DNA of 64,000 nt from Alphaproteobacteria bacterium (GTDB lineage Bacteria; Pseudomonadota; Alphaproteobacteria; UBA7887): assembly GCA_965201155.1 (NCBI GenBank), contig OZ241752.1, forward strand, positions 719,047 to 783,046, in the 5' to 3' direction. Below the pieces are notes generated by a model. That model ran no database searches and was not told the origin of the DNA. It worked only from the letters and a program-made list of their open reading frames with translations. Numbering within the stretch: the first letter of the stretch is position 1; every line of letters begins with the position of its first letter. Position numbers and translations under genes: made by a program. Of this stretch, positions 18,868 through 28,544 are shown piece by piece.

Positions 18868-19554
18868 TCAGTTTTGCGCGCTGGGCGCTGCCAGCACGCC
18901 GCGCGTCGCCTGCATTTCTATCTCGCGCATCACTGCGCGCAGATTCAACGCGCGAACCATCAGCAACCCGATCAGTGGATCATGGGCAGTGCCGCAGTGA
19001 AAAGCGATGTCATTGTCGCTTTCCGATACCGCCTGCATTTCGGCGAGACGGACGAGGCCGCGCGCCACCGCCTTTACGCGCCGCGGATCACCATCTTCAC
19101 CGCGGACGCGATAGCGTCCGCCGCCGAGGGGTTCGACACGGATTGTCTGGTTGGACTTCTTGTCAAACACTTCCATGGGGCGCGGTGGCGGCGGCGCGCC
19201 CGGCGGTGCCTTGCAGGCGTCCAGAAAAAGCCGGCGAACCGCCAAGCGGTGCGGCGCGCCGCAGGTAAACCGCACAGCGCGCGGGCCGTCGCCGGCGACC
19301 ATGCCACCAAGCGTTTTCATCGCGTCCGCCACACCCTGCAAGCGCTCATCGGCGCCAGCGATTCGACTATAGGAATGAACCGTGAACGCGGTTGCATCGC
19401 CAGCCCGCCGCTCATAAAGGGCGATCGAGATGTCGTGAAACTGGGGGTCCATCGAGAACAGCTCAATCCGCCGCCCCAGATCGACGATACCCATGCGATG
19501 CTCCGCGCATTCCGCGATAATCACGACCATACATACCTGTACGGACGCCAACAA
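18868..19554 (-). CDS. hypothetical protein at the 5' end of the corrinoid methyltransferase operon
   Basis: 228-aa ORF only 38 bp upstream of the MT I gene on the same strand. No family was recognised and the start is uncertain. Confidence 0.4.
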   Translation of the reverse strand: MLASVQVCMVVIIAECAEHRMGIVDLGRRIELFSMDPQFHDISIALYERRAGDATAFTVHSYSRIAGADERLQGVADAMKTLGGMVAGDGPRAVRFTCGAPHRLAVRRLFLDACKAPPGAPPPPRPMEVFDKKSNQTIRVEPLGGGRYRVRGEDGDPRRVKAVARGLVRLAEMQAVSESDNDIAFHCGTAHDPLIGLLMVRALNLRAVMREIEMQATRGVLAAPSAQN

Positions 19555-19616
19555 ACAAGCGCGCCCGGCGACCGCCGCCCAGACAGCATGTGAGTGGACC
19601 TGTCGGGTCCGCCGGA

Positions 19617-20576
19617 TTAGGCGCCCGGCGAAAACTCCGCGCGCAAGCGGCGCCGGCGATAACGCGCCAGATAGTCCGGCGCCACCGCCTCCAGTGCCGC
19701 CGGAGAAATGCCAAGATCGGAAAACCGCACAATATCGGGATCGGCGCTGACGATATTGTCAGATGCCAGCATCGCGATCTGGTCGCGTGTCAGCGGCGGT
19801 TCCGGGAGGAGCTCGAGAAACATCGCCTTGAAGGACAGCAAGGCGGTCGGCACGGGCACCAGGAATCTCTGCCGCCCGGTAACGTCCAGAACGAACTGAA
19901 GCAGGTCACGGAAGGTGTAGATTGCCGGACCACCGAGCTCATGACTCCGGCCGGCGGATTCCGCGCGGCCCGCCGCGCGCAGCACTGCTTCCGCCACATC
20001 TTCCACGTGCACCGGCTGAAACCGGGTGCGCCCGCCCCTGACCAGAGGCAGGGCGGGGACGATTCGCGCCAGCGCCGCAAATCGGTTCAGAAAGTCATCC
20101 TCCACTCCGAACACAGCGGAGGGGCGCAAAATGACCGCGTGGGGAAAGGCGGAGCGGACAGCGATCTCGCCCGCCGCCTTGCTGCGTCCATAAGCGGCGG
20201 GCGAATTCGGGTCTGCACCCAATGCCGAGAGGTGAACAAGCTGCGCCGCGCCCGCCTGCGCGGCGGCTTCGGCGACATGCCGCGCGCCCTGCACATGCAC
20301 GTCCGCGAAACTCCGGCGTGCAGTCTCGGACAGGATGCCGACCATATTGACAATGAGATCGGAGCGGTCGACTGCCGCCGCGACCGCCGCCGCATTGCCG
20401 ATATCGACGGCAATCGGCAGAACCTGGCCGACATCCCCTGTGGTTCTCAGGAACCCTGCGCGTTCCGGGTGCCGAACACCGACGATAACCCGCGCGCCCG
20501 CCTTCGCCAGCCTTTCCACCACATAGCGGCCGATAAAGCCGGACCCGCCGAATATCGTGGCCTGCGATATCGTCAT
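19617..20576 (-). CDS. NAD(P)H-binding NmrA/NDUFA9-like atypical SDR
   Basis: N-terminal Rossmann motif IFGGSGFIGRYVV. Overall similarity to the complex-I NDUFA9 / NmrA family. Confidence 0.7.
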   Translation of the reverse strand: MTISQATIFGGSGFIGRYVVERLAKAGARVIVGVRHPERAGFLRTTGDVGQVLPIAVDIGNAAAVAAAVDRSDLIVNMVGILSETARRSFADVHVQGARHVAEAAAQAGAAQLVHLSALGADPNSPAAYGRSKAAGEIAVRSAFPHAVILRPSAVFGVEDDFLNRFAALARIVPALPLVRGGRTRFQPVHVEDVAEAVLRAAGRAESAGRSHELGGPAIYTFRDLLQFVLDVTGRQRFLVPVPTALLSFKAMFLELLPEPPLTRDQIAMLASDNIVSADPDIVRFSDLGISPAALEAVAPDYLARYRRRRLRAEFSPGA

Positions 20577-20753
20577 GAGTGTGTCACGGAATCCGCGCTG
20601 CTCCCGTTGTCCGCCACAGAGCTTGCCCTACCTTGCCGGGCCGCGCCAGTGCAAAGTTCGTTGACAGCGTGCCCTGTGTGGCGTAGTCACGGCTCAGGCT
20701 AGGGCCGCCGGCCGCTGTCGCGCGACGCGCGGCGAAAGCGGGCGTTCGCCTGT

Positions 20754-20840
<87 letters not shown>

Positions 20841-20877
20841 CGAACACGGCTTCAACCCGCTCCGCCCGGGGGGCGGC

Positions 20878-21489
20878 ATGACGATTCACCTGCACCGCTA
20901 CGACCTTCCCGACAATGCCGAATTCGACGGCGATATCGCCGTTGACACCGAAACACGCGGCCTGCGCCTGGGGCGCGATCGACTGTGCCTTGTGCAACTG
21001 TCGGACGGCCGGGGCGCCGCGCATCTGGTCCATTTCCCGACGCCGGACTTTTCCGCGCCAAACCTGCGCGCGCTTCTGGCCGATGAGAACCGCGCCAAGC
21101 TCTTCCACTATGCGCGGTTCGACGTCGCTGTTTTGCGCGTGACATTCGGCCTCACCTGCCGGCCGGTTTATTGCACCAAGATCGCCTCCCGCCTCGCGCG
21201 CACCTATACCGACCGCCACGGCCTGAAAGACCTGACAGGAGAATTGCTGAGTGTTTCCCTGTCCAAGGAGCAGCAAAGTTCCGACTGGGCGGCACCCGAA
21301 CTCAGCGCTGCCCAGCAGGCCTATGCGGCAGCCGATGTGCTGTATCTTCACCGCTTGCGCGAGCGTCTGAATATCATGCTGGCGCGCGACGAGCGGGGCG
21401 CGCTGGCCGATGCCTGCTTCGCGTTCGTCCCCGTGCGCGCGGCGCTCGACATAGCCGGCTGGGGCGAGGAAGACATCTTCGCGCATTGA
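20878..21489 (+). CDS. 3'-5' exonuclease domain protein (RNase D-like)
   Basis: DEDD-type exonuclease motifs (IAVDTET, LVQL, HYARFD, Y..AA.DV). The upstream ATG at 20791 would overlap the tRNA, so the start is taken at MTIHLHRYDL. Confidence 0.75.
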   Translation: MTIHLHRYDLPDNAEFDGDIAVDTETRGLRLGRDRLCLVQLSDGRGAAHLVHFPTPDFSAPNLRALLADENRAKLFHYARFDVAVLRVTFGLTCRPVYCTKIASRLARTYTDRHGLKDLTGELLSVSLSKEQQSSDWAAPELSAAQQAYAAADVLYLHRLRERLNIMLARDERGALADACFAFVPVRAALDIAGWGEEDIFAH

Positions 21490-21490
21490 T

Positions 21491-22543
21491 TTGGTCCCTG
21501 CCTTCAGCCAGAATTGCAGGCACTCGCCGATCCTGACCAGGGCACCCAGCCAAGTGACCGATACCCTGCTCCAGCGGCGCCGGGCAGCGCAGGCGGACAG
21601 TCTGACAGCCGGGCGGCGCGTCCTTGAAACCGAAGCTGCGGCGCTGGTTAACTTGGCGCGGGCACTCGACAACAGTTTTGCCGAGGCCGTGTCCATGCTG
21701 GCGCGGACCACCGGCCGCATCATGACCACCGGCATCGGGAAATCCGGTCACATCGCCCGCAAGATTGCCGCCACACTCGCCTCCACAGGCACCCCCGCCA
21801 GCTACGTCCATCCCGCCGAGGCGCGCCACGGCGACCTTGGAATGATCACGCCCGTCGATCTTGTTCTCGCACTGTCAAATTCCGGCGAAACAGCGGAGCT
21901 GAACGACATTGTCGAACATGCCGCCCGCCACGGCATTCCCCTGATTGCCATTGTGGGACGCGCCGAGAGCACCCTGGCGCGCCGCGCCGCCCTGGCGCTG
22001 ACACTGGTCGACGCGCCGGAAGCCTGCCCCAACGGCCTCGCGCCGACCACCTCCACCACCATGACAATGGCGTTGGGCGACGCTCTTGCTGTCGCGCTCA
22101 TGGAGCGCGCCGGATTCACCGGCGCCGCTTTTCGTCTGCTGCATCCGGGCGGCAGCCTCGCCGCGCGCCTCTCCACCGTTGCCGACCTCATGCACACCGG
22201 CAGCGAGGTGCCATGTATCGGAACCGAAGCGGAAATGAGCGCTGCGGTCGTGGAAATGACTGCCAAGAGCTTCGGCTGTGTCGGCATCACCGACCCCTGC
22301 GGCCGGCTGGTCGGAATCATCACCGACGGCGATCTCCGCCGCCATATGACTGCAGATCTGCTGAGCCTTGCCGTCACCGAAGTGATGACACCGGAGCCGC
22401 GTGTGATCGCGCCGGAACGCCTTGCGGGCGAAGCGCTGCTCACCATGACCACACACAAGATCAGCGCCCTGTTCGTGGTCGATGACGGCCTCCCCATCGG
22501 CATCCTGCATTATCATGACTGCCTGCGCGCAGGCCTTGGGTGA
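21491..22543 (+). CDS. kdsD: arabinose-5-phosphate isomerase (SIS domain plus tandem CBS domains)
   Basis: SIS motif TGIGKSGHIARKIAATLASTG followed by C-terminal CBS pairs. Immediately upstream of lptC-lptA-lptB. Confidence 0.9.
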   Translation: MVPAFSQNCRHSPILTRAPSQVTDTLLQRRRAAQADSLTAGRRVLETEAAALVNLARALDNSFAEAVSMLARTTGRIMTTGIGKSGHIARKIAATLASTGTPASYVHPAEARHGDLGMITPVDLVLALSNSGETAELNDIVEHAARHGIPLIAIVGRAESTLARRAALALTLVDAPEACPNGLAPTTSTTMTMALGDALAVALMERAGFTGAAFRLLHPGGSLAARLSTVADLMHTGSEVPCIGTEAEMSAAVVEMTAKSFGCVGITDPCGRLVGIITDGDLRRHMTADLLSLAVTEVMTPEPRVIAPERLAGEALLTMTTHKISALFVVDDGLPIGILHYHDCLRAGLG

Positions 22544-23229
22544 GGCGGGTGCGCGGTCCCCTGCAACTGCAATCCGCCCTTGCCGGCGCCGAGCGGTCGG
22601 AAGTTGCGATTTCCGGTGCGATGCGCGCCGAAGCAGGGTGGCGCCGCCGCGTCAGCGTCATGCGAATCCTCCTGCCGGCGGCCGCCGTCGGTCTTGCCGC
22701 CGCTGTGGTGGGCTGGCCCCTGCTCGGCGGACTGCGCGACACGTTCCATATGGAACTGATGGATTCGGACCTGGCAATCAGCAACCGCGATTCCGTCATC
22801 CGTCCACGCTTCGAAAGCACCGACACCGACCGCCGCCCCTATACGGTCAACGCCGAAAAGGCGTGGCGCCCCGCCACCGGCGGCAACCAGGTCTTTCTCG
22901 TTCGCCCGGAAGCCAATATGACGGCGGCCGATGGCGACCGTATCACCATGGCTGCGCAGGAAGGCGTGCTCGACCGCGACCGCGAAACATTGCGCCTGAC
23001 CGGAGGCGTCGACGTGAACACCGGTTCAGGACTGGAATTGCAAACGGGCTCCGCCCTGCTTGACATGCAGGCGATGAGGGCGACAACGCATGAATCGGTG
23101 CGCGGACACGCTCCGTGGGGAACGCTGGAGGCATCGGAATGCGCGTATTGGTTCGAAAAACGCATGATCCGCTGCATCGGGCGCCCCACCCTCATCGTAT
23201 TTCCGAGCCGGTTGGAAGGAGAAGGCTGA
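22540..23229 (+). CDS. lptC: LPS export system protein LptC
   Basis: N-terminal TM anchor and a periplasmic beta-jellyroll domain. Conserved position between kdsD and lptA. Confidence 0.7.
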   Translation: MRRVRGPLQLQSALAGAERSEVAISGAMRAEAGWRRRVSVMRILLPAAAVGLAAAVVGWPLLGGLRDTFHMELMDSDLAISNRDSVIRPRFESTDTDRRPYTVNAEKAWRPATGGNQVFLVRPEANMTAADGDRITMAAQEGVLDRDRETLRLTGGVDVNTGSGLELQTGSALLDMQAMRATTHESVRGHAPWGTLEASECAYWFEKRMIRCIGRPTLIVFPSRLEGEG

Positions 23230-23756
23230 TGCGAAACACGGCAATCTGGTCAGTGCTGGCTCCCTTGCTGTGGCTGATCGCCGGCTCGGCGGCCGCGCAA
23301 TTCGAAGCGGATTCCAACGCGCCGGTCGAAATCACCGCAGACGCGCTGGAATGGATGAATGAGGAGCGTATCGCGATTGCCCGCGGCAATGCCGACGCCG
23401 TTCAGGGCCGCTATCGCCTGCATGCCGACGTGCTGACTGCCCATTTCCGCAGTGACGACGACAATTCGGGCGATACCGTGCAGGATGGCATTCGCATGAT
23501 CGAAGCGGACGGCAATGTCCGCCTGGAAACTCCCGACGAAACGGTCCGCGGCGCCGCGGGAACCTACGATGTCGAAAACGGCCTTGTTTCGCTGGTCGGG
23601 GAGGTCGTGCTGGCGCAAGGCGAGAGCGTGGCGCGCGGCGACCGCCTGGAAATGAATCTGAATACCGGGGTCAGCCGCCTGACAGCCCTGCCCGCCAGCG
23701 GCAGGCGCGTCTCCGCCGTTTTCACGCCAAACCAGGACGAAAGCGACACCGAATGA
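23229..23756 (+). CDS. lptA: LPS transport periplasmic protein LptA (OstA-like)
   Basis: Signal peptide (MRNTAIWSVLAPLLWLIAGSAAAQ) followed by an OstA N-terminal-like beta-jellyroll domain. Position between lptC and lptB. Confidence 0.8.
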   Translation: MRNTAIWSVLAPLLWLIAGSAAAQFEADSNAPVEITADALEWMNEERIAIARGNADAVQGRYRLHADVLTAHFRSDDDNSGDTVQDGIRMIEADGNVRLETPDETVRGAAGTYDVENGLVSLVGEVVLAQGESVARGDRLEMNLNTGVSRLTALPASGRRVSAVFTPNQDESDTE

Positions 23757-24526
23757 CCGGTCCCGGGCACAGCAGGCCGACGGGCCCCCGTCTCGTTGCC
23801 GAAGCCGAAGGACTCGTCGCGCGCCATCTCGGCAAGAGCTATCGGCGGCGCCCCGTGCTGCGCGATGTTTCGGTGGCAGTGCGTCGCGGGGAAGTCGTCG
23901 GGCTGCTCGGCCCCAATGGCGCCGGCAAAACGACCTGTTTCTATCTCATGACCGGCCTGCTTGCCGCCGATACCGGGCAGGTTGCGATCGACGGCCACGA
24001 CATCACCGACCTTCCCATGTATCGCCGCGCCCGCCTCGGAGTCGGCTATCTGCCGCAGGAAGCCTCGTTCTTTCGTGGTCTCACTGTCGAAAACAATATC
24101 CGCGTGGTTCTGGAAGTCGTGGAACCGGTGCGCGAACGGCGCGAGGCCGCGCTGGACGAGTTGCTCGCCGAGTTTTCCATCACCCATCTGCGGCATACCC
24201 CGGCAATGGCGCTCTCCGGCGGCGAACGCCGCCGCATCGAAATCGCCCGCACCCTGGCTTCCCGTCCCGGTTTCATGCTGCTGGACGAGCCGCTCGCCGG
24301 CATCGACCCCATCGCCGTTTCGGAAATCCGCGAGCTGATCGCCCATCTCAAGGATCGCGGTATCGGCGTGTTGATCACCGATCACAATGTGCGCGACGCG
24401 CTGGATATCGTCGACCGCGCCTATGTCCTCCATGACGGCCTCGTGATGATGGACGGCGAACCGGACGAAATCGTCGTTCATGAAGGAGTCCGGCAAGTCT
24501 ATCTGGGTCACGGCTTTCGCCTGTAG
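23753..24526 (+). CDS. lptB: LPS export ABC transporter ATP-binding protein LptB
   Basis: Walker A GPNGAGKTT, signature LSGGERRR, Walker B LLDEP. Located immediately upstream of rpoN. Confidence 0.9.
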   Translation: MTGPGHSRPTGPRLVAEAEGLVARHLGKSYRRRPVLRDVSVAVRRGEVVGLLGPNGAGKTTCFYLMTGLLAADTGQVAIDGHDITDLPMYRRARLGVGYLPQEASFFRGLTVENNIRVVLEVVEPVRERREAALDELLAEFSITHLRHTPAMALSGGERRRIEIARTLASRPGFMLLDEPLAGIDPIAVSEIRELIAHLKDRGIGVLITDHNVRDALDIVDRAYVLHDGLVMMDGEPDEIVVHEGVRQVYLGHGFRL

Positions 24527-24567
24527 AAGCGGCGATCGCGCGCAGGAACAACATCGCAAATTCAGGA

Positions 24568-25932
24568 ATGAGCGGGCTGCGGCTCGAACAGCGACCCGGC
24601 CAGACACTGGTCATCACCCCTCATTTGCAGCAGGCGATCCGCATGCTGCAAATGTCGAATCCGGAGCTGAACGCCTGGCTCGACCGCGAACTGCTGCAAA
24701 ACCCCCTGCTGGAACGGGCACCGCCAGAAAGCCCCGTGGAGCCGCCGGCTGCCTTCGGCAATGGCGGGGAACGGGAAACCGCGCGGGAAAGCGGCAAGCA
24801 CGATCCGCTCGACCCTCCTGACTTCGTCCCGGAACCCCCGGACCGACCGCCGGGCTTGCGTGAGCACATCGCCCGCCAGATCGCGCTCGAAACGGCCGAT
24901 CCGCGGGAGCGCATGATCTGCAGCCAACTGATCGATTCCCTCGACAATGCCGGCTATTTTGTCGGCGACCTTGCTGCCATCGGTAAACATCTGGGCTGCC
25001 CGCGCGGAGAGGTTGAACGCGCCCTTGCCCGCCTGCAAGCGTGCGAACCGACCGGTGTGGGCGCGCGGTCGCTGCGTGAGTGCCTTGCCCTGCAACTTGC
25101 CGGGCGCAGGTTGCTTGACCCGGCCATGCAGCGCTTGCTGGACCGTCTCGACCTTCTTGCCCGCCGCGACCTCGCAGCACTGGCGGCTCATTGCCGGGTC
25201 GATGACGACGCCGTCATTGCCCGCGTAAAGATCATCCGCAGTCTCGACCCCAAGCCCGGCGCAGGTTTCGGGGCAGGACCGGTACAGACCATCACCCCGG
25301 ATATTTTTGCCCACCCGAAACAGGGTGGTGGATGGACGGTGGTCCTCAACAGCGAGGCCCTGCCCCGCCTGTTGATCGACCGCCACTATGAGGCACGGAT
25401 TCGGCAGAGTGCCCGCGAGCGCGCCGAGACGATCTGGATTCGCGAAAAAACCCGCGCTGCGAACTGGCTGCTGCGCGCCCTCGACCAGCGCGCCGAAACG
25501 ATTCTGAAAGTTGCTGCCGAACTGGTGCGACAGCAAGAGGCGTTTCTGGATAACGGCGTCCGCCACCTTCGCCCGCTCACCCTGCGGGTTGTCGCCAGCG
25601 AAATCTCCCTGCATGAAAGCACCGTTAGCCGCGCGGCCGCCAATCGGTTCATCGCTACGCCGCGCGGCATTTTCGAGTTGAAATATTTCTTCTCGGCGGC
25701 AATTCCCGCCGCCAATTGCGGCGGCTCCCTTGCCGCCGAAGCGGTGCGCCAGCGCATTCGCGACCTGATCGACAATGAGTCGCCTTCATGTGTCCTGTCC
25801 GACGACCGGTTGGCGGCACTGTTGCGTGAATCGGGCGTAGAAATTGCTCGAAGAACTGTGTCCAAATACCGAAAATCATTGAATATTTTATCATCAACGG
25901 AACGCCGGCGCGAGAAATTTTCGCGGATTTGA
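24568..25932 (+). CDS. rpoN: RNA polymerase sigma-54 factor
   Basis: N-terminal activator-interacting region (LQQAIRMLQMS), the RpoN box ARRTVSKYR and the C-terminal HTH. Confidence 0.95.
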   Translation: MSGLRLEQRPGQTLVITPHLQQAIRMLQMSNPELNAWLDRELLQNPLLERAPPESPVEPPAAFGNGGERETARESGKHDPLDPPDFVPEPPDRPPGLREHIARQIALETADPRERMICSQLIDSLDNAGYFVGDLAAIGKHLGCPRGEVERALARLQACEPTGVGARSLRECLALQLAGRRLLDPAMQRLLDRLDLLARRDLAALAAHCRVDDDAVIARVKIIRSLDPKPGAGFGAGPVQTITPDIFAHPKQGGGWTVVLNSEALPRLLIDRHYEARIRQSARERAETIWIREKTRAANWLLRALDQRAETILKVAAELVRQQEAFLDNGVRHLRPLTLRVVASEISLHESTVSRAAANRFIATPRGIFELKYFFSAAIPAANCGGSLAAEAVRQRIRDLIDNESPSCVLSDDRLAALLRESGVEIARRTVSKYRKSLNILSSTERRREKFSRI

Positions 25933-26059
25933 GAGCGCTCGGAAAGGCGATCCGTTGACGCCGCAAGACACCTTGATTACAGTTTCGATCCTGTTTACCA
26001 GCGAGCGAGCGGCCCTGATTAGACGGGCCAAGTCGCGGCACAGTTGATCGTTCGGGCTT

Positions 26060-26641
26060 ATGCAAGTCTTCGTTAGCGGAAAACATATCAATCTCGGTGA
26101 CGCGCTGCGTGAACGCGTCGAACAACGCCTGACGGCCAGAGTCGGCAAGTATTTCAACCATGCGCTTGATGCGCAGGTGCAGTTCTCCAAGGCTCGCCAC
26201 CTGTTCCGCAGCGATATTTCGGTCCACGCCCGACGCGGGGTGTCCGTGCAGGCCCATGGTGAAGCCGACGACATCCAAGCGGCGTTCGATATCACTGTGG
26301 AGCGCATCGAAAAGCGGCTGCGGCGATTCAAGCGGCGCCTTACCGATCATCACCGTGCACCGGCCATTGACGACGCGAACGACATTCTTCGCCAAACCGT
26401 TCTGGCAGCCGAGAACGAGGAGGAACCGGAGCCCGAGGCCGATGGCGACACGCCCATCACCATCGCTGAATCAACAACCCCGATCCACTTGCTCACAGTG
26501 AGCGAAGCCGTGATGCGCCTCGAACTGGCGCAACTGCCTGTGCTCATGTTCCGCAATAGCGGCAATGGGCGCTACAACGTGGTGTATCGGCGCGATGACG
26601 GCAATGTCGGGTGGCTGGACCCGGCAGCGGAGCGCGCCTGA
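26060..26641 (+). CDS. hpf: ribosome hibernation promoting factor (long HPF)
   Basis: N-terminal sigma-54-modulation-protein/S30EA fold plus a C-terminal extension. Conserved position after rpoN. Confidence 0.9.
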   Translation: MQVFVSGKHINLGDALRERVEQRLTARVGKYFNHALDAQVQFSKARHLFRSDISVHARRGVSVQAHGEADDIQAAFDITVERIEKRLRRFKRRLTDHHRAPAIDDANDILRQTVLAAENEEEPEPEADGDTPITIAESTTPIHLLTVSEAVMRLELAQLPVLMFRNSGNGRYNVVYRRDDGNVGWLDPAAERA

Positions 26642-27108
26642 TGCTCTTCGACTCCCTGCTGTCGCGGGAGGCCGTGCTGGCGGACCTGAAGGCGAAGAGC
26701 AAGAAGCAAGCCCTGCATGAACTGGCGAAGCACGCCGCCGATCTCACCACGGTGGACTGCCGCCGGATTTTTGACGCCCTCATCGACCGCGAGCGTCTCG
26801 GCAGCACGGGTGTTGGCAACGGAATTGCCATCCCCCACGCGAGGCTGACGGAAATCAACCGCCTGTGGGGTCTGTTCGCCCGTTTTGTCTCGCCCGTGCC
26901 CTTCAATGCCATTGATGACGAGCCGGTGGACCTCATGTTCATGCTTCTCGCACCGCAATCCTGCGGCGCCGAACATCTCAAGGCGCTCAGCCGCGTTTCC
27001 CGCATGCTGCGCGACAGGGCGCAGTGCGCGCGCTTGCGCGGCGCCAATGGCGCGGATGCGCTTTTCTCCATCCTCGTCAAACCCGACGCCCAGCATAACG
27101 CCGCCTGA
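26641..27108 (+). CDS. ptsN: PTS IIA-like nitrogen regulatory protein (EIIA-Ntr)
   Basis: PTS EIIA type-2 fold with the active-site His region GIAIPHAR. The start ATG overlaps the hpf stop codon by 1 nt. Confidence 0.9.
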   Translation: MLFDSLLSREAVLADLKAKSKKQALHELAKHAADLTTVDCRRIFDALIDRERLGSTGVGNGIAIPHARLTEINRLWGLFARFVSPVPFNAIDDEPVDLMFMLLAPQSCGAEHLKALSRVSRMLRDRAQCARLRGANGADALFSILVKPDAQHNAA

Positions 27109-27144
27109 ATCTCGCGGCCCAACCGGCCTGCCGGCCGCACTTCC

Positions 27145-27582
27145 GTGCTTCCCCTGCATGCAACCTGCGTCGCCATGGAGGGGCGCGGCGTGCTGTTGCG
27201 CGGCTGTTCGGGCGCCGGTAAATCAGACCTCGCCCTGCGTCTGATCGACGGTGGTGCCACCCTCGTCGCCGACGATCAGGTGGTGCTGCGCCCTGTTGGC
27301 GGGAAAGTCGTGGCCGCCGCGCCGCCCGCCCTGCGCGGATTGCTCGAAGTCCGCGGCCTCGGGATTGTGCGCCTGCCGGTGTGTGATGCCGCGCCGCTGG
27401 CGCTGGTCGCCGACCTCCGCCCCGCCCGCGCGATCGAACGCATGCCGGAACCTGCAACCTGCACCTTGTGCGGAATTGCCCTTCCATTGCTCGCTGTCGC
27501 CGCCCGGCACGCTTCCACTGCCGCATTCATCCGTGTCGCGCTTCGCGCCTATACGGCGCGGGAATCCCTCACTGCTCCTTGA
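27145..27582 (+). CDS. hprK: HPr kinase/phosphorylase, short alphaproteobacterial form (C-terminal kinase domain only)
   Basis: P-loop GCSGAGKSDLAL plus the LEVRGLGI signature. 145 aa, lacking the N-terminal domain. Confidence 0.8.
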   Translation: MLPLHATCVAMEGRGVLLRGCSGAGKSDLALRLIDGGATLVADDQVVLRPVGGKVVAAAPPALRGLLEVRGLGIVRLPVCDAAPLALVADLRPARAIERMPEPATCTLCGIALPLLAVAARHASTAAFIRVALRAYTARESLTAP

Positions 27583-28543
27583 TATAGGGAATGCCGCTGG
27601 CGCGCGGGGCAACCGCCTTGCCGACAAATCCCGCCAGCACGATCACTGTCAATATGAAGGGCAGCGCCTGGATGAACTGAACCGGCATCACCCCGACGCC
27701 GGGAATATCGACACCCTGCAAGCGCACCTGAAGCGCATCCGCAAATGCGAACAAAAGGCACGCAAATAACGTCGGCCACGGCCGCCATTTGCCGAAAATC
27801 AATGCTGCCAACGCGATGAAACCCTGCCCCGCCGACATGTCGCGAAGAAACGATGCGGTTTGCGCGGTCGAAAGCCAGGCGCCGGCAACCCCGCAAAACA
27901 GGCCCGTCAACAGCAGCGCCCGATAGCGCAGCCCGCTCACCGAGATGCCAGCGGTATCAACTGCCTCAGGATTCTCGCCGACCGCCCGCAGCCGCAACCC
28001 GAAACGGGTACGGTACAGGACCCATGCCGTCAGCGGCGCCGCGGCAAATGCCGCATAAACGAGAATGAAATGGCCGCTCAGTATTTCCGAATATATCGCA
28101 CCGATGACGGGAACGCCGCTCAGGGTCTCCGACAAGGGCAGTTCGAGGGGGCGGAAGCGGGCGTCGCCGGCAAGCGACGGTGTCTGGCCGCCCAGGCGAA
28201 ACCACGCCAGCGCCAATGTCGGCGCGAGGCCGGCAACCAGGATGTTGATCGCCATGCCGGAAACAACCTGATTGCCCTTGTGGGTGATGCACGCATAGCC
28301 GTGGAGGAGCGCCAGCGCCAGCGAACAGGCGATGCCGCATCCCAAGCCTGTCCATGCCGAGCCGGAGACCGCCGCGCCGGCAGCGGCGGCAAAGGCGGCG
28401 CCCAGCATCTTGCCTTCCAGGGCAATGTCGATCACGCCCGCACGCTCGCAAAACAGGCCCCCCAGAGCGGCCAGAATCAACGGCGTCGCCACGCGCAGCG
28501 TGGCGTCCGTCATCAGCACCAGAAAGGTGAAGAACTCCGCCAT
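27569..28543 (-). CDS. ABC transporter permease (BMP/nucleoside family)
   Basis: Polytopic membrane protein in an operon with a duplicated ATPase and a BMP-family binding protein. The start is placed at MAEFFTFL. Confidence 0.8.
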   Translation of the reverse strand: MAEFFTFLVLMTDATLRVATPLILAALGGLFCERAGVIDIALEGKMLGAAFAAAAGAAVSGSAWTGLGCGIACSLALALLHGYACITHKGNQVVSGMAINILVAGLAPTLALAWFRLGGQTPSLAGDARFRPLELPLSETLSGVPVIGAIYSEILSGHFILVYAAFAAAPLTAWVLYRTRFGLRLRAVGENPEAVDTAGISVSGLRYRALLLTGLFCGVAGAWLSTAQTASFLRDMSAGQGFIALAALIFGKWRPWPTLFACLLFAFADALQVRLQGVDIPGVGVMPVQFIQALPFILTVIVLAGFVGKAVAPRASGIPYIKEQ

Positions 28544-28544
28544 C

